A DNA stretch of 64,000 nucleotides from an uncultured Gammaproteobacteria bacterium (GTDB lineage Bacteria > Pseudomonadota > Gammaproteobacteria > UBA9214), in contig CAVYZN010000026.1 in assembly GCA_963773065.1 (NCBI GenBank), positions 1 to 64,000 of the forward strand, in the 5' to 3' direction. The notes beneath the pieces are model-generated. The model had not been told where the DNA came from. It did not search any database and worked only from the letters and a program-made list of their open reading frames with translations. A program made the position numbers and the translations under genes. Shown piece by piece: positions 51,762 through 61,268 of this stretch. The first letter of the stretch is position 1. Each line of letters begins with the position of its first letter.

Positions 51762-53035
51762 GACGCCGCGGGACCGAACTCCAGTCGCGCGGAGGTGCCC
51801 TGCGCCTCGCGGCTCTCGATCGCCAGCGTCCAGCCGTAGCGATCGCAGATGCGCTTGGTGAGCGACAATCCGATGCCGCTGCCGGTGCTGGCGGCGCCCT
51901 TGTAGTAGCGCTGGAACACGCGGCCGATTTCCTCGGCCTTGATGCCGATGCCGGTGTCCGACACCACCAACCGGCTGCTTTCCAGCCGTATCGTCACCCG
52001 GCCGGTTTCCGTGTAGGCGAAGGCGTTGCGGATCAGGTTGCCGACGACGACGGCAAACAGCGCCGGCTCCGCCGCCAGATGCGGGTGGGCGCCTATATCC
52101 ACCTCGACCGTCGTGCCGCGGGAACCCAGCAGATGGCGGCTGCGCTCGACGCAATCGTGCAGCACGACCGCCGCATCGCAGTCCGCCTCCGAAGGCCGAT
52201 CCGCTTCCTCTTCACGCGCCAGCAACAGCAGGGAGCGGATCAGTTCCGTCATCTCGGCGGCGGCACGCTCGATGCGGGTGACGCGCTGGCACTGGCCCTC
52301 GTCCAGACGCGCATCCTCCTGCAGCACCTCGCTCGCTCCCTGGATCACCGCCAGCGGCGTGCGCAATTCGTGGCTGACGTCGGCGACGAAGGCGCGCTCA
52401 CGCTCGATGAAGGCGCGCAGGCGCGCCAGATACTGGTCGAAGACGCCGGCCAGTTCGCCGACCTCGTCCGCCGGCGCCTCGGCGTCCGCCAGTTGCGCCG
52501 GCTGATGGGGATCGGCGGAACGCACCCGCTGCGCCAGTTCCGTCACCGGCGCGATCACCCGGCCGGCGAGCCACAAGCCGCCCACCGCCGAGAGGACGGT
52601 CATGGCGAGCGCGCCGGCGATGAGATAGAAAAGGAAGCGGCTCTCCCGCGTGACCTGCTGCGCTTCGTTGAACATGAGAAAGAAGCGTTCGCCTTCGCGC
52701 TGCATCACCACCACGCGATAGGGAACCCCATCGAGCCGGATCTCGTGCCAGCCCTCCGGCAGCGATCGCACCGCGGAGGGAATTTCCTCGCCCGCCTCAT
52801 CCCCGCCCACGACATAGCCGCGCAACGTCAGCGAGGACGGCGGCAGCGAATGGGGATTGCGCGTGCGCCGCGCCATGTAGTCCTCGACCTCGGCGTGCAG
52901 CGTCTCGTCGATCAGACGCCGGGAGACGTCGTGGGCCGCGAGGAACAGGCCGCTGGCCAGGACCAGGCTCACCACGGCGCCGAAGGCGGCGAAGGCAATC
53001 GCGACGCGTAGGCGCAGACTATGGCGGCGGCGCAT
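51758..53035 (-). CDS. Sensor histidine kinase (HAMP, HisKA, HATPase)
   Basis: DVSHELRTPL, NLIRNA, DTGIGI, GIGLS. Confidence 0.93.
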   Translation of the reverse strand: MRRRHSLRLRVAIAFAAFGAVVSLVLASGLFLAAHDVSRRLIDETLHAEVEDYMARRTRNPHSLPPSSLTLRGYVVGGDEAGEEIPSAVRSLPEGWHEIRLDGVPYRVVVMQREGERFFLMFNEAQQVTRESRFLFYLIAGALAMTVLSAVGGLWLAGRVIAPVTELAQRVRSADPHQPAQLADAEAPADEVGELAGVFDQYLARLRAFIERERAFVADVSHELRTPLAVIQGASEVLQEDARLDEGQCQRVTRIERAAAEMTELIRSLLLLAREEEADRPSEADCDAAVVLHDCVERSRHLLGSRGTTVEVDIGAHPHLAAEPALFAVVVGNLIRNAFAYTETGRVTIRLESSRLVVSDTGIGIKAEEIGRVFQRYYKGAASTGSGIGLSLTKRICDRYGWTLAIESREAQGTSARLEFGPAAS

Positions 53036-53717
53036 CGCTGTCCGTGATCTGCCAACCGCGCCCGCGCAGCGTGCGCAGCAGCGGCTTCTCGAAAGGCTTG
53101 TCGATGGCGGCGCGCAGCACATGGACGTGCGCCCGCAGGGCGTCGCTGTCGGGCGGCGTATCGCCCCACACCGCCCGCTCGATTTCCTCGCGCGCGAGCA
53201 CGCGCGGGGCCGCGCGCATCAACTGCTCGAGGATGCGCAACGGGATCGGCGGCAGTTCGATCGGTCGCGCGCCGCGGCTCACCCTCAGGGTGGCGGTGTC
53301 CAACACGAGATCCGCGACCCGCAGCTTCTGGCGCGGGTCCTGCGCGGAAGCGCGCCGCGCCAGCGCCCTGAGCCGCGCCTCCAGTTCGCGCAGGGCGAAG
53401 GGCTTGACGACGTAGTCGTCGGCTCCCGATTCGAGACCGATGATCTTGTCGTCCAGCGAGTCACGCGCGGTCAGCATCAGCACCGGTGTGGATCGGCCCG
53501 CCTCCTCGCGCAGCTTGCGGCACAGCGTGATGCCATCCATGCCCGGCAGCACCAGATCCAGAACGATCGCGTCGTAGGCATGCGTGACGGCAAGATGCAG
53601 GCCGGTCACGCCGTCGCCGGCGGCGTCAACCAGATGGCCCTTCGCCCCCAGGAAATCCACGAGGTTCGCTGCCAGATCCTGGTTGTCTTCGATCACGAGT
53701 ACGCGCAATGCGGTCAT
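53019..53717 (-). CDS. OmpR-family response regulator
   Basis: VIEDN, LDLVLP, MLTARD, GADDYVVKPF, wHTH LRTLRGRGW. Confidence 0.93.
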   Translation of the reverse strand: MTALRVLVIEDNQDLAANLVDFLGAKGHLVDAAGDGVTGLHLAVTHAYDAIVLDLVLPGMDGITLCRKLREEAGRSTPVLMLTARDSLDDKIIGLESGADDYVVKPFALRELEARLRALARRASAQDPRQKLRVADLVLDTATLRVSRGARPIELPPIPLRILEQLMRAAPRVLAREEIERAVWGDTPPDSDALRAHVHVLRAAIDKPFEKPLLRTLRGRGWQITDSDAPPP

Positions 53718-53799
53718 TGGCGCATCGTATCAGCGACGCATCGCGGAGGTCCATGCCCCGAGCGGTCTCTCATCTTCGCGCGGCGGCGTCGGTGACTGG

Positions 53800-53873
53800 A
53801 AAAATGGGTCAAAGCCCTTATTCTTTGGAGTCAGAAAACAGAAAAGGCAAGAAAAGGGCTTTGATCCCTTTTT
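53800..53873. repeat. Small palindromic element (family D)
   Basis: AAAAATGGGTCAAAGCCCTT...AAGGGCTTTGATCCCTTTTT. Confidence 0.7.
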
Positions 53874-54008
53874 CGCACGGCCACTGTGACCGTTCCCATT
53901 GGTTTGGGCATGTAACAATCGTCGGATGAGGGCACGGATTCGTGCCGGCCGGTTTACGAGCTGGCGTTATGCGAGTATCCCGGATTCCCGGTTAAAACGA
54001 GCGGTGCT

Positions 54009-55286
54009 TTATTTGGCGAAGCACCGTGGACCCGCGATCGCACGCCTGAACAGGCGTTGCGCCTTGTTCCAGAGCAGATCCTGCGTGGAATCAATGAATG
54101 GCCGCGGATCACCCCAGTCGGCAACGGCCCACAGCTTCTCTCCCGCGAGTGACTTGAGCCAATCTAAAAAGGAAAGCGTACCCTCGCGGTGATACTGCCT
54201 GAAGGCTCGGTAGTCGAGTACCATCGCCACCCATTTCACGCCGGCCCGGTAGCTCGGGCACCGCTCGACCTCCTGGTCATTCGCATCGAGGTAGGCGATG
54301 TAGGGAATGTCCATGCCGCAGCGTTTTGCCAGGATATCCCAAAGACCAAACCTTGCATTGAACTCGATGGCCTTGAACCGCCCATCCCGATCGTCAAGCT
54401 TGTACTCGATCCCCAAGAGCCCCCGGTATCCAATCGCATTCAGAAAGCGCAGGCTGGTGTCTATGATTTCCTGATGATGAACGCTTATAACGAAACTGGC
54501 GCTACCCAGATGGATTGGCTCACATCGCAGCTTCTGACCCACGAAAGCCGCCAGCGGCCTTGCCTTTTGATCAATATAGCCACAGCAATAATAAAGCGCA
54601 CTGTCCGGGCCCGGGATCAGTTCCTGGATGACAAGCGACGGGTTCACACGGGCAACCCTGTCGTACTTATCAAACAATTGCACGGTATCGTTTACGCGCA
54701 GTGCCTTGGTACCCGGTCCCACGACGGCAACCATGTCGGGGTGTTTCCAGTCGTGAGAGTGCGTGGGCTTTATAACGGCGGGTAATATCAGCTGGTCCAG
54801 GCGCGCCTCGACCTCGGCCCGATCTGTGGGGAAGAATGTTTGCGGCGCCGGGACACCGTGAAGCGTGCAGAGCCGGTCGTAGCCATCCTTACTCACCAGC
54901 GCCTTCATGAGATCCGTATCCGGCATTACACAGCGATAATAAGGCGCCAGCACCTCCCGGTGCCGCGTGTAGAACAGTACGGTGTTGTCACCCGTGGGAA
55001 AAAAGACCGCCCGTCTGCCGAGAAGCCGCCCCAGTTCGAGCAGAAAACTCAGGTAATCCTGCTCGGCTTTTTTCTGGTCCGGGCATTGAAGCGCGCAACA
55101 ATACCTCGAGGACATGCCCAACTGCCGGGGGTCAGGGTCGAGGGCCACCACGGGAATACCGCGCCGGCCCAGGCTGCGCGCGATGCCAAGCCCCGAAAAG
55201 CTCATGTAGGACAGCACTACGGGTGCCAGGCTGGTGTTCCGGAATGAGTCCGGCAGGGAGTCCTTTAGTGTCATGAAATCTTCCAT
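54009..55286 (-). CDS. ATP-grasp carboxylate-amine ligase (D-aspartate-ligase-like)
   Basis: GLGIARSLGRRGIPV, VIKP, IQELIPG, EYKLDDRDG, IEFNAR. Confidence 0.85.
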   Translation of the reverse strand: MEDFMTLKDSLPDSFRNTSLAPVVLSYMSFSGLGIARSLGRRGIPVVALDPDPRQLGMSSRYCCALQCPDQKKAEQDYLSFLLELGRLLGRRAVFFPTGDNTVLFYTRHREVLAPYYRCVMPDTDLMKALVSKDGYDRLCTLHGVPAPQTFFPTDRAEVEARLDQLILPAVIKPTHSHDWKHPDMVAVVGPGTKALRVNDTVQLFDKYDRVARVNPSLVIQELIPGPDSALYYCCGYIDQKARPLAAFVGQKLRCEPIHLGSASFVISVHHQEIIDTSLRFLNAIGYRGLLGIEYKLDDRDGRFKAIEFNARFGLWDILAKRCGMDIPYIAYLDANDQEVERCPSYRAGVKWVAMVLDYRAFRQYHREGTLSFLDWLKSLAGEKLWAVADWGDPRPFIDSTQDLLWNKAQRLFRRAIAGPRCFAK

Positions 55287-55299
55287 GTAAAATGCTTAA

Positions 55300-55465
55300 G
55301 GAAGGTCTTATGTGTGGTCATTGCGACGACTGCATGGATGCAGGAGGTAGAGTAACGCATGGAGCAGTTACCGAGGAACAAAGTGACAAAGCAATCCCTA
55401 AACGACTGATTCTAATCAATGAGATTGCCGCGCTGCGCTCGCAATGACGACTCTTGATAGCTTCC
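55300..55465. mobile_element. MITE family C (IS5-like GGAAG ends, TTAA duplication) with a nested module
   Basis: TTAA|GGAAG...CTTCC|TTAA; core GTCATTGCGA...TCGCAATGAC interrupted by CGACTGCATGGATGCAGGAGGTAGAGTAACGCATGGAGCAGTTACCGAG. Confidence 0.75.
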
Positions 55466-55788
55466 TTAAAAGTGCAGTGAGAATATCGACTTGTCCGCCA
55501 CCTGTCTATTCATTTTCCCGACCGCGACAGTCAACAACCTGGCCGTATCAATCCGTATGCAGTGCCTGCCTGCTGCAGCTTCCAGGCTTATCACCAGCTC
55601 CCGCTACCGCTTCTCTGCAACCCTTCTTCGAGCTGTGGCCTCTTCCCTCCACCCGCATTTCCCGGCCTCAGCCTCCCAGATACTGCGAGCCTGCCGCAAC
55701 CCCACACGGTCCGGCAACGTCCTCACGGGTTGCCGGTTAGTGGACGTGCCCCACCACGGCAAGCTTTCCCGTTCAGAACTTTGTCATC

Positions 55789-57148
55789 TCAACCCAACAC
55801 CACCTCGATGCGATACTCCCCGCCGGCCGTGGGCAGGGTGATACGCGCGAGGCCGTCGGTGATCGGCTCATCCCGGCCGTCCAGGCGGGCGGCGATCACC
55901 TGCCCGCCGCCGTGTGGATTCTCGACCGCGATCGCGCACTGCGTTGCGCCATCGGGCAGGCGGTAGCGCAGGCGAAACCCGGGCCAGTCGGCCGGGATGC
56001 AGGGGCGGATCAGGAGGGTGCGTCCCTGCGTCACGCGCAGGCCGAGCACCGACTCCAGCGCCGCGCGATACAGCCAGCCAGCGGATCCGGTGTACCAGCT
56101 CCAGCCGCCGCGCCCGACATGCGGCGGCTCGCCATAGACATCCGCCGCCACCACGTAGGGTTCCAGCCGGTAGGTCGCGACCCGCTCCGCGGTGACCGTA
56201 TGACTGACCGGGCTCAGCATCTCCAGCACGCGCGCGGCGCGCTCGTTGCGCCCGAGCTCCGCCAGCGCCATCACCACCCAGCACGCCGCGTGGGTGTACT
56301 GGCCGCCATTCTCGCGCACGCCGGCGACATAGCCCTTGATGTAACCGGGGTCGTGCGGAGTGTCGACGAAGGCCGGTGTCAACAGGCGCACGATGCCATC
56401 AGTCTCCGAGATCAACTGCCGTTCCACCGCGTCCATGGCCTGTTCCGCCCGCGCGCGCGGCGCCGCGCCGGAGATGACCGACCAGGACTGTGCCAGGGCG
56501 TCGATGCGGCACTCCGCATCGCCCTCGCAGCCGAGCGGCGTGCCGTCGTCGTAGTAGGCGCGGCGATACCAGGCGCCGTCCCAGCCGCTGGCCTCCAGGA
56601 CCTCCGCGAGGCGGGCACGGTAGTCACGGTAACGGGCGAGGCGCGCCGGGTCGTCGCGGCGCTCGCACAGCGGCAGAAAGTCGCCGAGGATGCGGTAGAG
56701 AAAAAAGCCGAGCCAGACGCTCTCGCCGCGCCCTTCCCGCCCGACGCGGTTCATGCCGTCGTTCCAGTCGCCCGTGCCCATCAGCGGCAAGCCGTGGGCG
56801 CCGCGCGTGAGCGAACGGTCGAGGGCACGGCAGCAGTGCTCGTAGAGGTCGGCGGTGTCGGTTCCGACCTGCGGCGACAGGTACACCTCGTCCTCGCCGG
56901 GTTCCAGCAGCCGCGCATCGAGAAACGGCGCGCGCGCCTCGAGGATGGCGGCATCGCCGGTGACGTCGATGTAGTGGCTGGTGACATAGGGCAGCCACAG
57001 GAGATCATCCGAGAAGCGGGTGCGCAGCCCGCGCTCCAGCGGCGCGGGATGCCACCAGTGCAGCACGTCACCCTCCACGAACTGGTGGGCGGCGTGCAGC
57101 AGGAGCTGCGCCCGGGTCAGCTCCGGGCGCACGCCTACCAGCGCGGCA
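55789..57148 (-). pseudogene. C-terminal part of a GH94 glycoside phosphorylase (NdvB/cellobiose phosphorylase-like), 5'-truncated
   Basis: [40 protein letters not shown]; abrupt GC drop at ~57150. Confidence 0.85.
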
Positions 57149-57150
57149 TG

Positions 57151-57222
57151 ACAAAAGGGGGCAAAGCCCATTTCTTGCTTACTGCGCTTACTTTTGATAA
57201 TTGGTAACATGGGTTTTGCGTT
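57151..57222. repeat. Degenerate family D palindrome at the GH94 breakpoint
   Basis: AAAAGGGGGCAAAGCCCAT...ATGGGTTTTGC. Confidence 0.55.
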
Positions 57223-57238
57223 CAACCCAGTTTACCTC

Positions 57239-57994
57239 CTAACTCGTCTTGACTCCTTTGAACAGCGCTCCAATTGTATTGGTCGCAGTTCGATAACCCG
57301 TGAAACCAGCAAGTTCCACATCGATAAATCCGGCTTTGGCTAATATTGACAAGAATGTGTCGGGATTTAGGGTACCAGATACACAGTTGGCCCAAGACTC
57401 TTCACCAGTACAGCAAGCAGGAGGCTCAGTGGACGGGTTGCGTACCATGTCGGCCATCTGCAGACGGCCGCCGGGCCGCAGCACCCGGAATGCTTCTTCC
57501 AGTACGGCATGCTTGTCCTCAGCCAGATTGACGGCCCCATTGGAAATAACAACATCAGCAGTGCAATCTGGCAGGGGCAGTTCCGTCATCTCCGCCTCAT
57601 GAAATACAGCCTGCGAAAGTCCGCATGCTGTTGCGTTTTCACTAGCCTTTGTGACCATCGCCGGCGTGCAGTCTACGCCGAAGACCTTTCCCTCTTTTCC
57701 GACCAGCAGTGCTGCAACACAGGCATCAGCACCCGCGCCGCAACCAACATCGACAACTGTTTCTCCAGTGTGAAGCGGACCCAGACTAAATGGATTACCC
57801 ACCGCAGCGGCTGATTCCCAGACGGTATCCGGCAAGCGATTCAGCCACTCCTCGGCATAGCCCAGAATGCGGGCATTCTCCTTCCCCTTTCCCCAGCCAA
57901 AATCCTTTTCCGGATGTTGTGCCAACTCTGTGTATAGCAAACGAACCTGTTCGAGCGGATTTTCAGTCAAACAATCGTTGTCGCATTGATTCAT
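57239..57994 (-). CDS. ArsM-like SAM-dependent methyltransferase
   Basis: VGNPF, VDVGCGAG, ISNG, VLRPGGRL, SWANCVSG. Confidence 0.85.
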   Translation of the reverse strand: MNQCDNDCLTENPLEQVRLLYTELAQHPEKDFGWGKGKENARILGYAEEWLNRLPDTVWESAAAVGNPFSLGPLHTGETVVDVGCGAGADACVAALLVGKEGKVFGVDCTPAMVTKASENATACGLSQAVFHEAEMTELPLPDCTADVVISNGAVNLAEDKHAVLEEAFRVLRPGGRLQMADMVRNPSTEPPACCTGEESWANCVSGTLNPDTFLSILAKAGFIDVELAGFTGYRTATNTIGALFKGVKTS

Positions 57995-58002
57995 GGATCG
58001 TC

Positions 58003-58806
58003 CTACTCAGGTTTGACTGCCTCAATGTAGGCAGAGACTACATAGTCTTCCACGCCGCTACCTGGCACCCAGTCCTTGATGAACTCGCGCGACTCATCTT
58101 TGGGGGTGATACGGATTTCGCTGAAGCTTGCTACCTCAAGCATTGTCTGTAATTCATCAACAAGGGCAGCGCCTGCAACGCAGCAAGCATGGAGATGAGA
58201 ATCGCCTTTCACCTCATCCGAAAGCTCGGCTGTAGCTACCACGTCGGAGATGGCCAGTCGGCCCCCCGGCCTGAGCACCCTGTAGGTTTCGCGGAAAACC
58301 TGAGCTTTGTGGGGTGAGAGGTTAATCACACAGTTGGAAATAATCACATCCACACTACAATCGGCGACAGGCAGGTGCTCGATTTCTCCAAGGCGGAATT
58401 CCACGTTACTGAAACCTGCCTTTTCGGCATTGTGCCTTGCCTTATCCACCATGGCGGGTGTCATATCCACGCCGATAACCCGGCCACGTTCTCCCACTTC
58501 ATGCGCTGCCAGAAAGGCGTCGAAGCCGCCACCGCTACCCAGGTCCAACACCACCTCGCCTGCTTGTAGACTGGCAATCGCGCGGGGATTGCCACATCCC
58601 AGCCCCATATCTGCGCCATCAGGGATATTGATGAGATCATCCTCTGAATAGCCAAGGCGGGTGGAATGCACCGGATTGATGTCGGCTGATACCCCGCAGC
58701 AACTGGATACTGCACCGCAGCGCTCGCTGACATCACTGGCTTCGGCAACCTTGGCGTAGCTGTCGCGTACCGACTGCCGGATTTCATCTGCCTGTTCTTG
58801 ACTCAT
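58003..58806 (-). CDS. arsM: Arsenite methyltransferase
   Basis: SSCCG, GLGCGNP, LDLGSGGG, ISNCVINL, CCVAGA. Confidence 0.92.
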   Translation of the reverse strand: MSQEQADEIRQSVRDSYAKVAEASDVSERCGAVSSCCGVSADINPVHSTRLGYSEDDLINIPDGADMGLGCGNPRAIASLQAGEVVLDLGSGGGFDAFLAAHEVGERGRVIGVDMTPAMVDKARHNAEKAGFSNVEFRLGEIEHLPVADCSVDVIISNCVINLSPHKAQVFRETYRVLRPGGRLAISDVVATAELSDEVKGDSHLHACCVAGAALVDELQTMLEVASFSEIRITPKDESREFIKDWVPGSGVEDYVVSAYIEAVKPE

Positions 58807-58892
58807 ATTTCCTCCTCACCCATATGACGAAATTCTGCCTTGACAAGGTATTGGACTCGCCTAATCATATCAAAGTATGAGTGTATGAACAT

Positions 58893-59198
58893 ATGAGCAT
58901 TGACACATATTCTCGCACCGAAGTCAAGCGTCTTGGTCAGATTTTCAAGCTGCTGTCGGAACCTAATCGACTGCGTATTATCTTATCGCTAGGCTTGGAA
59001 TGCCGCCCGGTATCCAACATCGTTGATGACACCGGCATGAGCCAGACGAACGTATCGTTTCATCTGCGGACGCTGCGAGAGGCTGGTTTAGTTCGCCCTG
59101 AGCGACGGGGAGCCTTTATCTACTATTGCCTGCCCGACAGGCGGTTACTCTCTCTGCTGGACGACTTGCGCACATGGCTGAAGCATCAGCACGAATAG
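58893..59198 (+). CDS. ArsR/SmtB-family regulator, divergent from arsM
   Basis: FKLLSEPNRLRI, SQTNVSFHLRTLREAGLV. Confidence 0.9.
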   Translation: MSIDTYSRTEVKRLGQIFKLLSEPNRLRIILSLGLECRPVSNIVDDTGMSQTNVSFHLRTLREAGLVRPERRGAFIYYCLPDRRLLSLLDDLRTWLKHQHE

Positions 59199-59730
59199 AC
59201 AGCGGCTGATCTTGATTAGCAGAATACTTGCAAGAGACTACCGTTCAGGCAAATAAAACCTGGCGAGATATTACAATGGTCAATAGCATTTATTGCTAGA
59301 CCCGTGTCAAAAGCAGAACTGGGAATGTGTGTCCGAAAAGCGCTTTATTGAAGAAGGCTGATTATCGGAAGTATGGCCGACAGTCGGAGCCTGATACCTA
59401 CATTGCAGATATCCAATCTGCTTTTCCTTCCAAACATTCGATCTGAGAAGCTTAACTTCCGGGGTGGGTCGATGGCTGACGATTGCCCTCTGAACCAGAA
59501 TGTCCGGCATCAGTAACCTTACAGACATCCAGGCCTACGATGCACACCCTCCCCCTAGCCCTTCGCACCGCGCTCTGATCCGTCGCCTACCGCTACCTGG
59601 CACTGCGTCCTTGGGGAACGGTTGCTGGGAACTCTATGGGGTGTGACTGCGGGCGTCGAGCTCATTGCGTAGGGCTACGTCTTAACTGGATGCCGCGCAG
59701 CGTAATCCGGGGCATGGCCCTCTGCCCTGC

Positions 59731-60951
59731 CTATACAATGCGCGGATCGAGCTTCCGTGTGCAAGCAGGCCTGAACCAGGCTGCGAGGGTGCCGGTCAAC
59801 ACGCCCAGTACTCGCAATGCCCAGGACAGCGGAGCCAGCAGGAAAAGGGCCAGGCGCAAGGCAATCGAGAGGGCGATAAACCAGAACACGAACTGCACCA
59901 ACCATGGATTAATGCCCAGCCAGTCTCCTAACTCTGCTAGGGTTGCATTAATCAATTCTGGATGGGTAATCATGAGGTAGATTACCGTGGGTATGGCTCC
60001 GAGACGGGCGATGGCGACTCCCAGCCGCCCGCCGCGTGCCAGTACCCGTGACCCAAACACAGCCACTCGCCGGGAGAACCCACCAGCGCGCGCTGCAGCG
60101 GCGCCCGGTGCCGCAGCCCTCGCTGCCCGTACTGCCTTGAGTAGTTTCACAGTCGAGGCGATGACAATTACATCCAGAGCGGCCCAGCCAACATCCGAAC
60201 CCTCAATCTTTTCCCCCTGTCGCCACTTGGTTTCCAGACCTCGCACACTGCCCAAGAAGAAGCCCGAAGAACCCTCCATCACCCGCTCGGTTTGCACCCA
60301 GTCGGCCTTACCTTTACGAGTTACGACAAACTGCCCTAGGAAGTCATAGCCATCCTCTTGCAGGAATTGAATGGCGTACCAACCGCGGTCATCTGCGGTC
60401 AGTTTATGTTCTGTTGCCGTAGTAGGCGGTGCAGCATCCATCGGTGTCTGGCCATTAGGCATTGGTACCGTGGAAAGGGGCTCCGGAGCAAGGGGCGCGT
60501 TACCCCCCGTTGTGCACATCAGTCGGCCATATTGGTGTTTAACCTCCTCTATCCACTCGCTCAGAGTATGTCGCATATTCAATGAGGTCAGGTCGTGGTC
60601 TATGAAGTACCCAATGGGTGGTAGAACCGCCTCCCCATATTTCAGCAGCACCTCCTGAAACTGGGGCTCGTCACCGTAGATAGGCAGAATACGACGTGCC
60701 AGGTCGGGGTATCTCATGAGCGCTAGCCGTGCCTTGAGGAGCAGCGGCTCGTTGTCAGCATAGTCGAGCAGCAGGGCCTGGATCTCCAACGGCTCTGCCG
60801 CGATCTGTGACGCCTCCTCCCCAAAAGATTGTCGGACTGCCACCTCGATCAACTGGTCTTCATAAGGGCGTGTGGATGAGCCGCCGGTCATCCATGCGGC
60901 GCTGGCAGCAACCAGACAGGTCAGCAGAAGGGTCGTTGGATTCAGCTTCAT
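59731..60951 (-). CDS. Membrane-associated hypothetical protein
   Basis: 406-aa ORF with GGAGG RBS, N-terminal signal and C-terminal TM segments. Confidence 0.75.
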   Translation of the reverse strand: MKLNPTTLLLTCLVAASAAWMTGGSSTRPYEDQLIEVAVRQSFGEEASQIAAEPLEIQALLLDYADNEPLLLKARLALMRYPDLARRILPIYGDEPQFQEVLLKYGEAVLPPIGYFIDHDLTSLNMRHTLSEWIEEVKHQYGRLMCTTGGNAPLAPEPLSTVPMPNGQTPMDAAPPTTATEHKLTADDRGWYAIQFLQEDGYDFLGQFVVTRKGKADWVQTERVMEGSSGFFLGSVRGLETKWRQGEKIEGSDVGWAALDVIVIASTVKLLKAVRAARAAAPGAAAARAGGFSRRVAVFGSRVLARGGRLGVAIARLGAIPTVIYLMITHPELINATLAELGDWLGINPWLVQFVFWFIALSIALRLALFLLAPLSWALRVLGVLTGTLAAWFRPACTRKLDPRIV

Positions 60952-61268
60952 AAGTCACCTCCGGGGGAGCATAAGGAGAATAGAAGCCCATTTCTCTGAA
61001 GTCCACGACCATCGAGCTACCGGACATTGTGCCTGGGCCGTTGTCCTGAGCCCTCCGCCCCTGACACTATTGCACAGTACGCCAAACGCACCTCCCGACC
61101 CTCCCGTGCAGGGAATGATCCTACCACCACCCTGGATTGCCAGTACGTCTTGAGCTGGTTAGTCCTGAGAATGAGAATAGACTAGATTATCGAGCAATCT
61201 TGGTTTCAGCTGGCTATGCCAGGGTAGGATTTCGTTTAGGTCAACCTCATCACAGGATATTCAACTCC

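Noticed and set aside
55789-57225. Complete 478-aa phosphorylase
   Set aside because: The first ~25 residues derive from AT-rich palindrome or intergenic DNA, and the N-terminal GH94 domains are missing
59200-59730. Short ORFs or structured RNA in the spacer after arsR
   Set aside because: No recognisable motif, RBS or convincing structure
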